A program made the position numbers and the translations under genes. Shown piece by piece: positions 1 to 12,550 of a stretch of DNA of 53,551 nt; position 1 is the stretch's first letter; every line of letters starts with the position of its first letter. Source of the stretch: Nemertoderma westbladi (Eukaryota; Animalia; Xenacoelomorpha); assembly GCA_032718475.1 (NCBI GenBank), contig JAUCBJ010006027.1, forward strand, positions 1-53,551, in the 5' to 3' direction. The notes beneath the pieces are model-generated. The model had not been told where the DNA came from and ran no database searches. It worked only from the letters and a program-made list of their open reading frames with translations.

Positions 1-73
1 TCAGATACTTTGCACACGTACCCAAATTTTGGCAGACACTTTGCACACGGACCCAAATGTTGGCAGATACTTT
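1..73 (-). repeat. 31-bp satellite, inverted orientation (truncated by window edge)
   Basis: Bases 1-73 (..gatactttgcacacggacccaaatgttggcagatacttt) are the reverse complement of the unit in the 293-9648 array; about 2.3 units are visible. Confidence 0.93.
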
Positions 74-292
74 GAGATTGTAAGATATTAGTAGGTTTAT
101 TTGTTATCAATTGGGTGTGACCAAGGGCAGGGATATGAAAGTAATAGGTGGTCTACCTATACCGGGTGTACTGGTAACCGGCGTAACACCTATGATGTGC
201 CGTCGCATATATAGTTATATATTATATTTTTTTTTTGTAGCCCCCGCGCGGGGTAAAAGTGTATTTATTTATTAAGGAAAACAATAATTAAA

Positions 293-3200
293 CTGACATC
301 CTTTGGGTCCGTGTGCAAAGTATCTGACATCCTTTGGGTCTGTGTGCAAAGTATCTGCCAACATTTGGGTCCGTGTGCAAAGTATCTGACATCTTTTGGG
401 TCCGTGTGCAAAGTATCTGCCAACATTTGGGTCCGTGTGCAAAGTATCTGACATCTTTTGGGTCCGTGTGCAAAGTATATGACATCCTTTGGGTCCGTGT
501 GCAAAGTATCTGCCAACATTTGGGTCCGTGTGCAAAGTATCTGACATCTTTTGGGTCCGTGTGCAAAGTATATGACATCCTTTGGGTCCGTGTGCAAAGT
601 ATCTGCCAACATTTGGGTCCGTGTGCAAAGTATATACATCCTTTGGGTCCGTGTGCAAAGTATATTACATCCTTTGGGTCCGTGTGCAAAGTATCTGCCA
701 ACATTTGGGTCCGTGTGCAAAGTATCTGACATCTTTTGGGTCCGTGTGCAAAGTATATGACATCCTTTGGGTCCGTGTGCAAAGTATCTGCCAACATTTG
801 GGTCCGTGTGCAAAGTATCTGACATCTTTTGGGTCCGTGTGCAAAGTATTTACATCCTTTGGGTCCGTGTGCAAAGTATCTGCCAACATTTGGGTCCGTG
901 TGCAAAGTATCTGACATCTTTTGGGTCCGTGTGCAAAGTATATGACATCCTTTGGGTCCGTGTGCAAAGTATCTGACATCCTTTGGGTCCGTGTGCAAAG
1001 TATCTGACATCATTTGGGTCCGTGTGCAAAGTATCTGACATCTTTTGGGTCCGTGTGCAAAGTATCTGCCAACATTTGGGTCCGTGTGCAAAGTATCTGA
1101 CATCTTTTGGGTCCGTGTGCAAAGTATATGACATCCTTTGGGTCCGTGTGCAAAGTATCTGCCAACATTTGGGTCCGTGTGCAAAGTATCTGACATCTTT
1201 TGGGTCCGTGTGCAAAGTATATGACATCCTTTGGGTCCGTGTGCAAAGTATATGACATCCTTTGGGTCCGTGTGCAAAGTATCTGACATCTTTTGGGTCC
1301 GTGTGCAAAGTATCTGCCAACATTTGGGTCCGTGTGCAAAGTATCTGCCAACATTTGGGTCCGTGTGCAAAGTATATGACATCCTTTGGGTCCGTGTGCA
1401 AAGTATCTGCCAACATTTGGGTCCGTGTGCAAAGTATCTGACATCTTTTGGGTCCGTGTGCAAAGTATCTGCCAACATTTGGGTCCGTGTGCAAAGTATC
1501 TGACATCTTTTGGGTCCGTGTGCAAAGTATCTGACATCCTTTGGGTCCGTGTGCAAAGTATCTGCCATCATTTGGGTCCGTGTGCAAAGTATCTGCCAAC
1601 ATTTGGGTCCGTGTGCAAAGTATCTGCCAACATTTGGGTCCGTGTGCAAAGTATCTAACATCTTTTGGGTCCGTGTGCAAAGTATATTACATCCTTTGGG
1701 TCCGTGTGCAAAGTATCTGCCAACATTTGGGTCCGTGTGCAAAGTATCTGCCAACATTTGGGTCCGTGTGCAAAGTATCTAACATCTTTTGGGTCCGTGT
1801 GCAAAGTATATTACATCCTTTGGGTCCGTGTGCAAAGTATATCACATCCTTTGGGTCCGTGTGCAAAGTATCTGCCAACATTTGGGCCCGTGTGCAAAGT
1901 ATCTGACATCTTTTGGGTCCGTGTGCAAAGTATATGACATCCTTTGGGTCCGTGTGCAAAGTATCTGCCAACATTTGGGTCCGTGTGCAAAGTATCTAAC
2001 ATCTTTTGGGTCCGTGTGCAAAGTATATTACATCCTTTGGGTCCGTGTGCAAAGTATCTGCCAACATTTGGATCCGTGTGCAAAGTATCTGACATCTTTT
2101 GGGTCCGTGTGCAAAGTATATGACATCCTTTGGGTCCGTGTGCAAAGTATATGACATCCTTTGGGTCTGTGTGCAAAGTATCTGCCAACATTTGGGTCCG
2201 TGTGCAAAGTATCTGACATCTTTTGGGTCCGTGTGCAAAGTATCTGCCAACATTTGGGTCCGTGTGCAAAGTATCTGACATCTTTTGGGTCCGTGTGCAA
2301 AGTATATGACATCCTTTGGGTCCGTGTGCAAAGTATCTGCCAACATTTGGGTCCGTGTGCAAAGTATCTGACATCTTTTGGGTTCGTGTGCAAAGTATAT
2401 GACATCCTTTGGGTCCGTGTGCAAAGTATCTGCCAACATTTGGGTCCGTGTGCAAAGTATCTGCCAACATTTGGGTCCGTGTGCAACGTATGTGACATCT
2501 TTTGGGTCCGTGTGCAAAGTATATTACATACTTTGGGTCCGTGTGCAAAGTATCTGCCAACATTTGGGTCCGTGTGCAAAGTATCTGACATATTTTGGGT
2601 CCGTGTGCAAAGTATATGACATCCTTTGGGTCCGTGTGCAAAGTATCTGCCAACATTTTGGTCCGTGTGCAAAGTATCTGACATCTTTTGGGTCCGTGTG
2701 CAAAGTATCTGCCAACATTTGGGTCCGTGTGCAAAGTATCTGACATCTTTTGGGTCCGTGTGCAAAGTATATTACATCCTTTGGGTCCGTGTGCAAAGTA
2801 TCTGCCAACATTTGGATCCGTGTGCAAAGTATCTGACATCTTTTGGGTCCGTGTGCAAAGTATATGACATCCTTTGGGTCCGTGTGCAAAGTATATGACA
2901 TCCTTTGGGTCTGTGTGCAAAGTATCTGCCAACATTTGGGTCCGTGTGCAAAGTATCTGACATCTTTTGGGTCCGTGTGCAAAGTATCTGCCAACATTTG
3001 GGTCCGTGTGCAAAGTATCTGACATCTTTTGGGTCCGTGTGCAAAGTATATGACATCCTTTGGGTCCGTGTGCAAAGTATCTGCCAACATTTGGGTCCGT
3101 TTGCAAAGTATCTGCCAACATTTGGGTCCGTGTGCAAAGTATCTGCCAACATTTGGGTCCGTGTGCAAAGTATCTAACATCTTTTGGGTCCGTGTGCAAA

Positions 3201-6200
3201 GTATATTACATCCTTTGGGTCCGTGTGCAAAGTATATTACATCCTTTGGGTCCGTGTGCAAATTATCTGCCAACATTTGGGCCCGTGTGCAAAGTAACTG
3301 ACATCTTTTGCGTCAGTGTGCAAAGTATATGACATCCTTTGGGTCCGTGTGCAAAGTATCTGCCAACATTTGGGTCCGTGTGCAAAGTATCTAACATCTT
3401 TTGGGTCCGTGTGCAAAGTATATTACATCCTTTGGGTCCGTGTGCAAAGTATCTGCCAACATTTGGATCCGTGTGCAAAGTATCTGACATCTTTTGGGTC
3501 CGTGTGCAAAGTATATGACATCCTTTGGGTCCGTGTGCAAAGTATATGACATCCTTTGGGTCTGTGTGCAAAGTATCTGCCAACATTTGGGTCCGTGTGC
3601 AAAGTATCTGACATCTTTTGGGTCCGTGTGCAAAGTATCTGCCAACATTTGGGTCCGTGTGCAAAGTATCTGACATCTTTTGGGTCCGTGTGCAAAGTAT
3701 ATGACATCCTTTGGGTCCGTGTGCAAAGTATCTGCCAACATTTGGGTCCGTGTGCAAAGTATCTGACATCTTTTTGGTTCGTGTGCAAAGTATATGACAT
3801 CCTTTGGGTCCGTGTGCAAAGTATTTGCCAACATTTGGGTCCGTGTGCAAAGTATCTGCCAACATTTGCGTCCGTGTGCAACGTATTTGACATCTTTTGG
3901 GTCCGTGTGCAAAGTATCTAACATCTTTTGGGTCCGTGTGCAAAGTATATTACATCCTTTGGGTCCGTATGCAAAGTATCTGCCAACATTTGGGTCCGTG
4001 TGCAAAGTATATGACATCCTTTGGGTCTGTGTGCAAAGTATCTGCCAACATTTGGGTCCGTGTGCAAAGTATCTGACATCTTTTGGGTCCGTGTGCAAAG
4101 TATCTGCCAACATTTGGGTCCGTGTGCAAAGTATCTGACATCTTTTGGGTCCGTGTGCAAAGTATATGATATCCTTTGGGTCCGTGTGCAAAGTATCTGC
4201 CAACATTTGGGTCCGATTGCAAAGTATCTGCCAACATTTGGGTCCGTGTGCAAAGTATCTGCCAACATTTGGGTCCGTGTGCAAAGTATCTAACATCTTT
4301 TGGGCCCGTGTGCAAAGTATATTACATCCTTTGGGTCCGTGTGCAAAGTATCTGCAAACATTTGGGTCCGTGTGCAAAGTATCTGCCAACATTTGGGTCC
4401 GTGTGCAAAGTATCTAACATCTTTTGGGTCCGTGTGCAAAGTATATTACATCCTTTGGGTCCGTGTGCAAAGTATATTACATCCTTTGGGTCCGTGTGCA
4501 AAGTATCTGCCAACATTTGGGCCCGTGTGCAAAGTATCTGACATCTTTTGGGTCCGTGTGCAAAGTATATGACATCCTTTGGGTCCGTGTGCAAAGTATC
4601 TGCCAACATTTGGGTCCGTGTGCAAAGTATCTAACATCTTTTGGGTCCGTGTGCAAAGTATATTACATCCTTTGGGTCCGTGTGCAAAGTATCTGCCAAC
4701 ATTTGGATCCGTGTGCAAAGTATCTGACATCTTTTGGGTCCGTGTGCAAAGTATATGACATCCTTTGGGTCCGTGTGCAAAGTTATATGACATCCTTTGG
4801 GTCTGTGTGCAAAGTATCTGCCAACATTTGTGTGGGTGTGCAAAGTATCTGACATCTTTTGGGTCCGTGTGCAAAGTATCTGCCAACATTTGGGTCCGTG
4901 TGCAAAGTATCTGACATCTTTTGGGTCCGTGTGCAAAGTATATGACATCCTTTGGGTCCGTGTGCAAAGTATCTGCCAACATTTGGGTCCGTGTGCAAAG
5001 TATCTGACATATTTTGGGTTTGTGTGCAAAGTATATGACATCCTTTGGGTCCGTGTGCAAAGTATCTGCCAACATTTGGGTCCGTGTGCAAAGTATCTGC
5101 CAACATTTGGGTCCGTGTGCAAAGTATCTGCCAACATTTGGGTCCGTGTGCAAAGTATCTAACATCTTTTGGCTCCGTGTGCAAAGTATATTACATCCTT
5201 TGGGTCCGTGTGCAAAGTATCTGCCAACATTTGGGTCCGTATGCAAAGTATCTGACATCTTTTGGGTCCGTGTGCAAAGTATCTGCCAACATTTGGGTCC
5301 GTGTGCAAAGTATCTGACATCTTTTGGGTCCGTGTGCAAAGTATCTGCCAACATTTGGGCCCGTGTGCAAAGTATCTGACATCTTTTGGGTCCGTGTGCA
5401 AAGTATATGACATCCTTTGGGTCCGTGTGCAAAGTATCTGCCAACATTTGGGTCCGTGTGCAAAGTATCTGCCAACATTTGGGTCCGTGTGCAAAGTATC
5501 TAACATCTTTTGGGTCCGTGTGCAAAGTATATTACATCCTTTGGGTCCGTGTGCTAAAGTATCTGCCAACATTTGGGTCCGTGTGCAAAGTATCTGCCAA
5601 CATTTGGGTCCGTGTGCAAAGTATCTAGCATCTTTTGGGTCCGTGTGCAAAGTATATTACATCCTTTGGGTCCGTGTGCAAAGTATATTACATCCTTTGG
5701 GTCCGTGTGCAAAGTTTCTGCCAACATTTGGGCCCGTGTGCAAAGTATCTGACATCTTTTGGGTCCGTGTGCAAAGTATATGACATCCTTTGGGTCCGTG
5801 TGCAAAGTATCTGCCAACATTTGGGTCCGTGTGCAAAGTATCTAACATCTTTTGGGTCCGTGTGCAAAGTATATTACATCCTTTGGGTCCGTGTGCAAAG
5901 TATCTGTCAACATTTGGATCCGTGTGCAAAGTATCTGACATCTTTGGGTCCGTGTGCAAAGTATATGACATCCTTTGGGTCCGTGTGCAAAGTATATGAC
6001 ATCCTTTGGGTCTGTGTGCAAAGTATCTGCCAACATTTGGGTCCGTGTGCAAAGTATCTGACATCTTTTGGGTCCGTGTGCAAAGTATCTGCCAACATTT
6101 GGGTCCGTGTGCAAAGTATCTGACATCTTTTGGGTCCGTGTGCAAAGTATATGACATCCTTTGGGTCCGTATGCAAAGTATCTGCCAACATTTGGGTCCG

Positions 6201-9200
6201 TGTGCAAAGTATCTGACATCTTTTGGGTTCGTGTGCAAAGTATATGACATCCTTTGGGTCCGTGTGCAAAGTATCTGCCAACATTTGGGTCCGTGTGCAA
6301 AGTATCTGCCAACATTTGGGTCCGTTTGCAACGTATCTGACATCTTTTGGGTCCGTGTGCAAAGTATATTACATCCTTTGGGTCCGTGTGCAAAGTATCT
6401 AACATCTTTTGGGTCCGTGTGCAAAGTATATTACATCCTTTGGGTCCGTGTGCAAAGTATCTGCCAACATTTGGATCCGTGTGCAAAGTATCTGACATAT
6501 TTTGGGTTTGTGTGCAAAGTATATGACATCCTTTGGGTCCGTGTGCAAAGTATCTGCCAACATTTGGGTCCGTGTGCAAAGTATCTGCCAACATTTGGGT
6601 CCGTGTGCAAAGTATCTGACATCTTTTGGGTCCGTGTGCAAAGTATCTGCCAACATTTGGGTCCGTGTGCAAAGTATCTGACATCTTTTGGGTCCGTGTG
6701 CAAAGTATATGACATCCTTTGGGTCCGTGTGCAAAGTATCTGCCAACATTTGGGTCCGTGTGCAAAGTATCTGACATCTTTTGGGTTCGTGTGCAAAGTA
6801 TATGACATCCTTTGGGTCCGTGTGCAAAGTATCTGCCAACATTTGGGTCCGTGTGCAAAGTATCTGCCAACATTTGGGTCCGTGTGCAACGTATCTGACA
6901 TCTTTTGGGTCCGTGTGCAAAGTATATTACATCCTTTGGGTCCGTGTGCAAAGTATCTGCCAACATTTGGGTCCGTGTGCAAAGTATCTGACATATTTTG
7001 GGTCCGTGTGCAAAGTATATGACATCCTTTGGGTCCGTGTGCAAAGTATCTGCCAACATTTTGGTCCGTGTGCAAAGTATCTGACATCTTTTGGGTCCGT
7101 GTGCAAAGTATCTGCCAACATTTGGGTCCGTGTGCAAAGTATCTGACATCTTTTGGGTCCGTGTGCAAAGTATATTACATCCTTTGGGTCCGTGTGCAAA
7201 GTATCTGACATCTTTTGGGTCCGTGTGCAAAGTATATGACATCCTTTGGGTCCGTGTGCAAATTATCTGCCAACATTTGGGTCCGTGTGCAAAGTATCTG
7301 ACATCTTTTGGGTTCGTGTGTAAAGTATATGACATCCTTTGGGTCCGTGTGCAAAGTATCTGCCAACATTTGGGTCCGTGTGCAAAGTATCTGACATATT
7401 TTGGGTCCGTGTGCAAAGTATATGACATCCTTTGGGTCCGTGTGCAAAGTATCTGCCAACATTTAGGTCCGTGTGCAACGTATCTGACATCTTTTGGGTC
7501 CGTGTGCAAAGTATATTACATCCTTTGGGTCCGTGTGCAAAGTATCTGCCAACATTTGGGTCCGTGTGCAAAGTATCTGACATATTTTGGGTCCGTGTGC
7601 AAAGTATATGACATCCTTTGGGTCCGTGTGCAAAGTATCTGCCAACATTTTGGTCCGTGTGCAAAGTATCTGACATCTTTTGGGTCCGTGTGCAAAGTGT
7701 CTGCCAACATTTGGGTCCGTGTGCAAAGTATCTGACATCTTTTGGGTCCGTGTGCAAAGTATATTACATCCTTTGGGTCCGTGTACAAAGTATCTGCCAA
7801 CATTTGGATCCGTGTGCAAAGTATCTGACATCTTTTGGGTCCGTGTGCAAAGTATATGACATCCTTTGGGTCCGTGTGCAAAGTTATATGACATCCTTTG
7901 GGTCTGTGTGCAAAGTATCTGCCAACATTTGTGTCCGTGTGCAAAGTATCTGACATCTTTTGGGTCCGTGTGCAAAGTATCTGCCAACATTTGGGTCCGT
8001 GTGCAAAGTATCTGACATCTTTTGGGTCCGTGTGCAAAGTATATGACATCCTTTGGGTCCGTGTGCAAAGTATCTGCCAACATTTGGGTCCGTGTGCAAA
8101 GTATCTGACATATTTTGGGTTTGTGTGCAAAGTATATGACATCCTTTGGGTCCGTGTGCAAAGTATCTGCCAACATTTGGGTCCGTGTGCAAAGTATCTG
8201 CCAACATTTGGGTCCGTGTGCAAAGTATCTGCCAACATTTGGGTCCGTGTGCAAAGTATCTAACATCTTTTGGCTCCGTGTGCAAAGTATATTACATCCT
8301 TTGGGTCCGTATGCAAAGTATCTGCCAACATTTGGGTCCGTGTGCAAAGTATATGACATCCTTTGGGTCTGTGTGCAAAGTATCTGCCAACATTTGGGTC
8401 CGTGTGCAAAGTATCTGACATCTTTTGGGTCCGTGTGCAAAGTATCTGCCAACATTTGGGCCCGTGTGCAAAGTATCTGACATCTTTTGGGTCCGTGTGC
8501 AAAGTATCTGCCAACATTTGGGTCCGTGTGCAAAGTATCTGCCAACATTTGGGTCCGTGTGCAAAGTATCTAACATCTTTTGGGTCCGTGTGCAAAGTAT
8601 ATTACATCCTTTGGGTCCGTGTGCAAAGTATCTGCCAACATTTGGGTCCGTGTGCAAAGTATCTGCCAACATTTGGGTCCGTGTGCAAAGTATCTAACAT
8701 CTTTTGGGTCCGTGTGCAAAGTATATTACATCCTTTGGGTCCGTGTGCAAAGTATATTACATCCTTTGGGTCCGTGTGCAAAGTTTCTGCCAACATTTGG
8801 GCCCGTGTGCAAAGTATCTGACATCTTTTGGGTCCGTGTGCAAAGTATATGACATCCTTTGGGTCCGTGTGCAAAGTATCTGCCAACATTTGGGTCCGTG
8901 TGCAAAGTATCTAACATCTTTTGGGTCCGTGTGCAAAGTATATTACATCCTTTGGGTCCGTGTGCAAAGTATCTGTCAACATTTGGATCCGTGTGCAAAG
9001 TATCTGACATCTTTTGGGTCCGTGTGCAAAGTATATGACATCCTTTGGGTCCGTGTGCAAAGTATATGACATCCTTTGGGTCTGTGTGCAAAGTATCTGC
9101 CAACATTTGGGTCCGTGTGCAAAGTATCTGACATCTTTTGGGTCCGTGTGCAAAGTATCTGCCAACATTTGGGTCCGTGTGCAAAGTATCTGACATCTTT

Positions 9201-9648
9201 TGGGTCCGTGTGCAAAAGTATATGACATCCTTTGGGTCCGTATGCAAAGTATCTGCCAACATTTGGGTCCGTGTGCAAAGTATCTGACATCTTTTGGGTT
9301 CGTGTGCAAAGTATATGACATCCTTTGGGTCCGTGTGCAAAGTATCTGCCAACATTTGGGTCCGTGTGCAAAGTATCTGCCAACATTTGGGTCCGTTTGC
9401 AACGTATCTGACATCTTTTGGGTCCGTGTGCAAAGTATATTACATCCTTTGGGTCCGTGTGCAAAGTATCTGCCAACATTTGGGTCCGTGTGCAAAGTAT
9501 CTGACATATTTTGGGTCCGTGTGCAAAGTATATGACATCCTTTGGGTCCGTGTGCAAAGTATCTGCCAACATTTTGGTCCGTGTGCAAAGTATCTAACAT
9601 CTTTTGGGTCCGTGTGCAAAGTATAAGACATCATTTGGGTCCGTGTGC
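293..9648 (+). repeat. 31-bp tandem satellite, ~300 copies, with higher-order structure
   Basis: Near-constant 22-bp core tttgggtccgtgtgcaaagtat plus a 9-bp variable part drawn mostly from ctgccaaca, ctgacatct, atgacatcc, ctaacatct and attacatcc; period 31 bp throughout. Confidence 0.99.
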
Positions 9649-10043
9649 TAACATATTATTACCATCATTAACATTAGTAGGTGAATAGGGCAGGGTATAC
9701 AAAGTAACCAATAAGAAATCACCATGGAAAAGTTAGTCAGAATCAATCAGCTGATCCAAATTTATCCAAAAAATTAGGTTTTGGCTCTTTGTGGCTCAGT
9801 GATTTCCTTATATTTGCATAATTTTTCGCAGAATTAACTTTGATAGCATTAATTTATCACTGTGCAACATGGGTTGGGGCCTAATTGCTTCATAGTGTAA
9901 TGGTCGTTTTTTGGGTCAGTGTGGGTCTTTGTGCATTTTAGCACTGCCCTCTGATAATCAGATACCTGACATACCGACTTGCCTAACAACTCAACCCTAC
10001 CGGATCTGAAATGAAAAATCATTGTTATCAGCATATCAGGACT

Positions 10044-10135
10044 GCTACGCGTAGCACCTACGCGTAGTTTCAAAATACCCACGCGTAGTTCCAAAATAAC
10101 TACGCGTAGTTTTAAAACACCTACGCGTAGTTGTT
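10044..10135. repeat. Cluster of palindromic CTACGCGTAG motifs
   Basis: Five copies of c(t/c)acgcgtag, mostly spaced 21-22 bp apart; further ACGCGT copies near 10200 and 10253. Confidence 0.8.
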
Positions 10136-10649
10136 AAAAAGGCAGTAAGTCTGGCCCTACCGGTAAATGACAGGAATGGACAGATGGAAGATACAAACTA
10201 CGCGTAGGTCGAAAAGATTTACCCAAAATGCATCCCTCTCCGAGGAAAATCGACGCGTATTAATTAACCACACCATACAACAGGTTAGATGCTATCATCC
10301 TTTCATCAGTACTGCTACTGCAGTACATAAACAGCGCATAAATACTGGAATATCAGAATACTGATATAGCTATTTACAGGTAGGTAGATAAGTCGGATAG
10401 GCCTAGCTGCCTAATAATTAATAAATGCCTGTAAGCAGGTAGGTCATAACATAAGGTCCATCTACATACTGACTAGACCTACATCCTACTGCTGACACTG
10501 CTGTACTGTCAGCAGACTGTTCTACAACAATCCATTCTGCGATTAGGCCTAGTCTGTTAGCAAGAATTTCCATACAGCCTGACAGCCCGGCAAATAGGCC
10601 TACAGAAATACTGAATTTGTAGGCCTACCTTGCCCTTGCATGTCATCGC

Positions 10650-10716
10650 CATGGCCTACTATATACTACGGCCTACCAGGTCACCTTGAGAGGCCTCTTG
10701 AAAAGAGGCCACTTAT
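10650..10716 (+). repeat. Left 67-bp terminal inverted repeat
   Basis: catggcctactatatactacggcctaccaggtcaccttgagaggcctcttgaaaagaggccacttat. Confidence 0.95.
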
Positions 10717-11304
10717 TTCAATATGATGTAACTGGTAAGTTGTACCCAAATTTACCACCCACCCCCTAATACCACTAAATCGACTATCGCGAATTCAATG
10801 GGTGTATTTTTAAATGTTTATTGGCAGCCTGAAACGATGGACAACTAACTTTTTTGACATTTTCAATATGAAGACTGGTTGAAAGCCCGAGACTATTCCT
10901 CTAGTCAGACGATAATCGACGTGTAAAAACGTGTTAATACAGTATGTGGGTCGAGTCACGAAGTCAGGCGTAGCCTGAGCACACAATTATACAAGTATAC
11001 ACACGAAACATCGCGAATTAAACAGCATTCATATATTGTGTTATTAATCGGGAAACCTGCTATTTTTAGAAAACATTTTATTGATTGTTGTAATATTCCT
11101 CAATCTTGTATTGATGTTTAATTTTAACGACAATACTTTCTTTTTAAAAAGTGATAATTTTTATGGAATATATCGGCTCGTCTACTGCTCGATATTAATA
11201 TTATCATTATTTATTAAGAATTAATCTACTGTAATTAATTTATAAATGTACTTAAGAAAAGCTAATTATAAATTATAGAAGCACATTGATAGCACATTGA
11301 TAAC

Positions 11305-12267
11305 TCATTTACGGAATTTGGATATCTGCCTTTTCTTAAAGTTTGTGATACTATCACATCGATTTTCGTCTCTTTTCGCCTTCTGCATCTTATTGAAATA
11401 TATGTTAATAATTGTTCGATAGATCGTGACGGAGTAGTTCTTATGGTAATCACAAAATGGCGATGTACCATAAAGTTCAAGGAAATGGAGTGCCGCCCTT
11501 CTTATAGGAATACCCGATCTCAATAGAATATGATGTACACAGTCTAATCTAGCAAAACACGTAGCCACAACATCCGTGAATTCTTTTGAAGGTATTTTAA
11601 GTCCTCCTCTGTTCAAAACTTCAACATAGTCAGATGGATTTGATTGGGATCCGAATGGGTTAGTATCAATTTGTGTCGTATTTGTGATTGTGCACAAACT
11701 CGATTTTGAGAACCAGATTGGAAGCGGAATAGGCCGCTGGCACAGTTCAAGCTGAACGTGTAAATCCCGAGATATCCTAATCGACCCCTTTAATCTAGGC
11801 ATTCTGGATTGTGTGTCGAGTTCGTACAAAAAAACGCGATCGTCTGTTTTATCAAAAATATATCCATTTGGACAGCAAGAGTCAGTAACATCGTCCAAAG
11901 ATGTAACTCCGTAACGGATATTGAAAGACTGTTGTTCGTCGGGTTGGAAAATACGAACTGGGGGATTCCTCCGAGGCTGTTTAACAACTGTCGTTAGTGA
12001 CTGAGGTGTGCCCGGAACACTAATAGTTGGCACAGGTGATGTTGACCAATCTAGAGGTAAGTTTCCGGATGGCGTTGTCTTAAGGAAGTCCTCCTCGAAA
12101 TGGTCGATGCAGACTCTCGAATATTCCGTTATGGAGAAATCCTTCCGATTGACGAACTTCGCCCAGCGATCTCGCAGATCTGAATCGATTGGGAATTTAA
12201 AACATGGTTTCCGAGGTGAACCTTTGTATCCAGTTTTACAGTTTACTACGCAGCACTTGTTCACCAT
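11305..12267 (-). CDS. THAP-domain protein: P-type transposase N-terminus fused to its C-terminus, catalytic core absent (~320 aa)
   Basis: Starts MVNKCCVVNC..FKFP..RDRWAKFV..RVCIDHFEEDF..PVPTI (C2CH THAP with conserved P, W, F and an AVPTI-like box). The distal part has NRGGLKIPS and CxxH, typical of P/THAP9 transposase C-termini. No room for the RNase H DDE and GTP-binding domains. ATG at 12267 is preferred over the track start at 12435. Confidence 0.85.
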   Translation of the reverse strand: MVNKCCVVNCKTGYKGSPRKPCFKFPIDSDLRDRWAKFVNRKDFSITEYSRVCIDHFEEDFLKTTPSGNLPLDWSTSPVPTISVPGTPQSLTTVVKQPRRNPPVRIFQPDEQQSFNIRYGVTSLDDVTDSCCPNGYIFDKTDDRVFLYELDTQSRMPRLKGSIRISRDLHVQLELCQRPIPLPIWFSKSSLCTITNTTQIDTNPFGSQSNPSDYVEVLNRGGLKIPSKEFTDVVATCFARLDCVHHILLRSGIPIRRAALHFLELYGTSPFCDYHKNYSVTIYRTIINIYFNKMQKAKRDENRCDSITNFKKRQISKFRK

Positions 12268-12550
12268 ACTGTGTACCGCGACTCCCGGGTCGTCTGACGC
12301 TGACGACGGGGGCTTGGCACCGGCAACCGTTATAAAGGAATGTCGTGGTGCGTTGGTGCCCAGTGTCTGTGTGAATAGGTGACTAAGTCTAATAACATAT
12401 GAATGAATTAATTTCCATGATATATAAAATGCCAAATTATTAATAAATATTTATAATTATTACTGTATTAGGCTGCAGAGCTGGTGGGAATAGGCCTACG
12501 ACAACTGGGTATGAGATCTCCTACCGTAGTGCAGTACTGTACCGCAGTGT

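Noticed and set aside
265-9634. Dozens of overlapping ORFs up to 555 aa (HTDPKDVRYFAHGPKCWQILCTRTQ repeats)
   Set aside because: They arise from a stop-poor 31-bp unit cycling through all three frames on both strands; indels are tolerated and there is no unique coding sequence.
293-9648. CRISPR-like look (constant 22 bp plus variable 9 bp)
   Set aside because: Variable parts are only 9 bp, reused from about five related variants; there are no cas genes and the context is eukaryotic.
12268-12435. 56-aa N-terminal extension of the THAP ORF in the track
   Set aside because: It starts at a non-ATG codon, and THAP domains are normally at the extreme N-terminus; ATG 12267 fits better.
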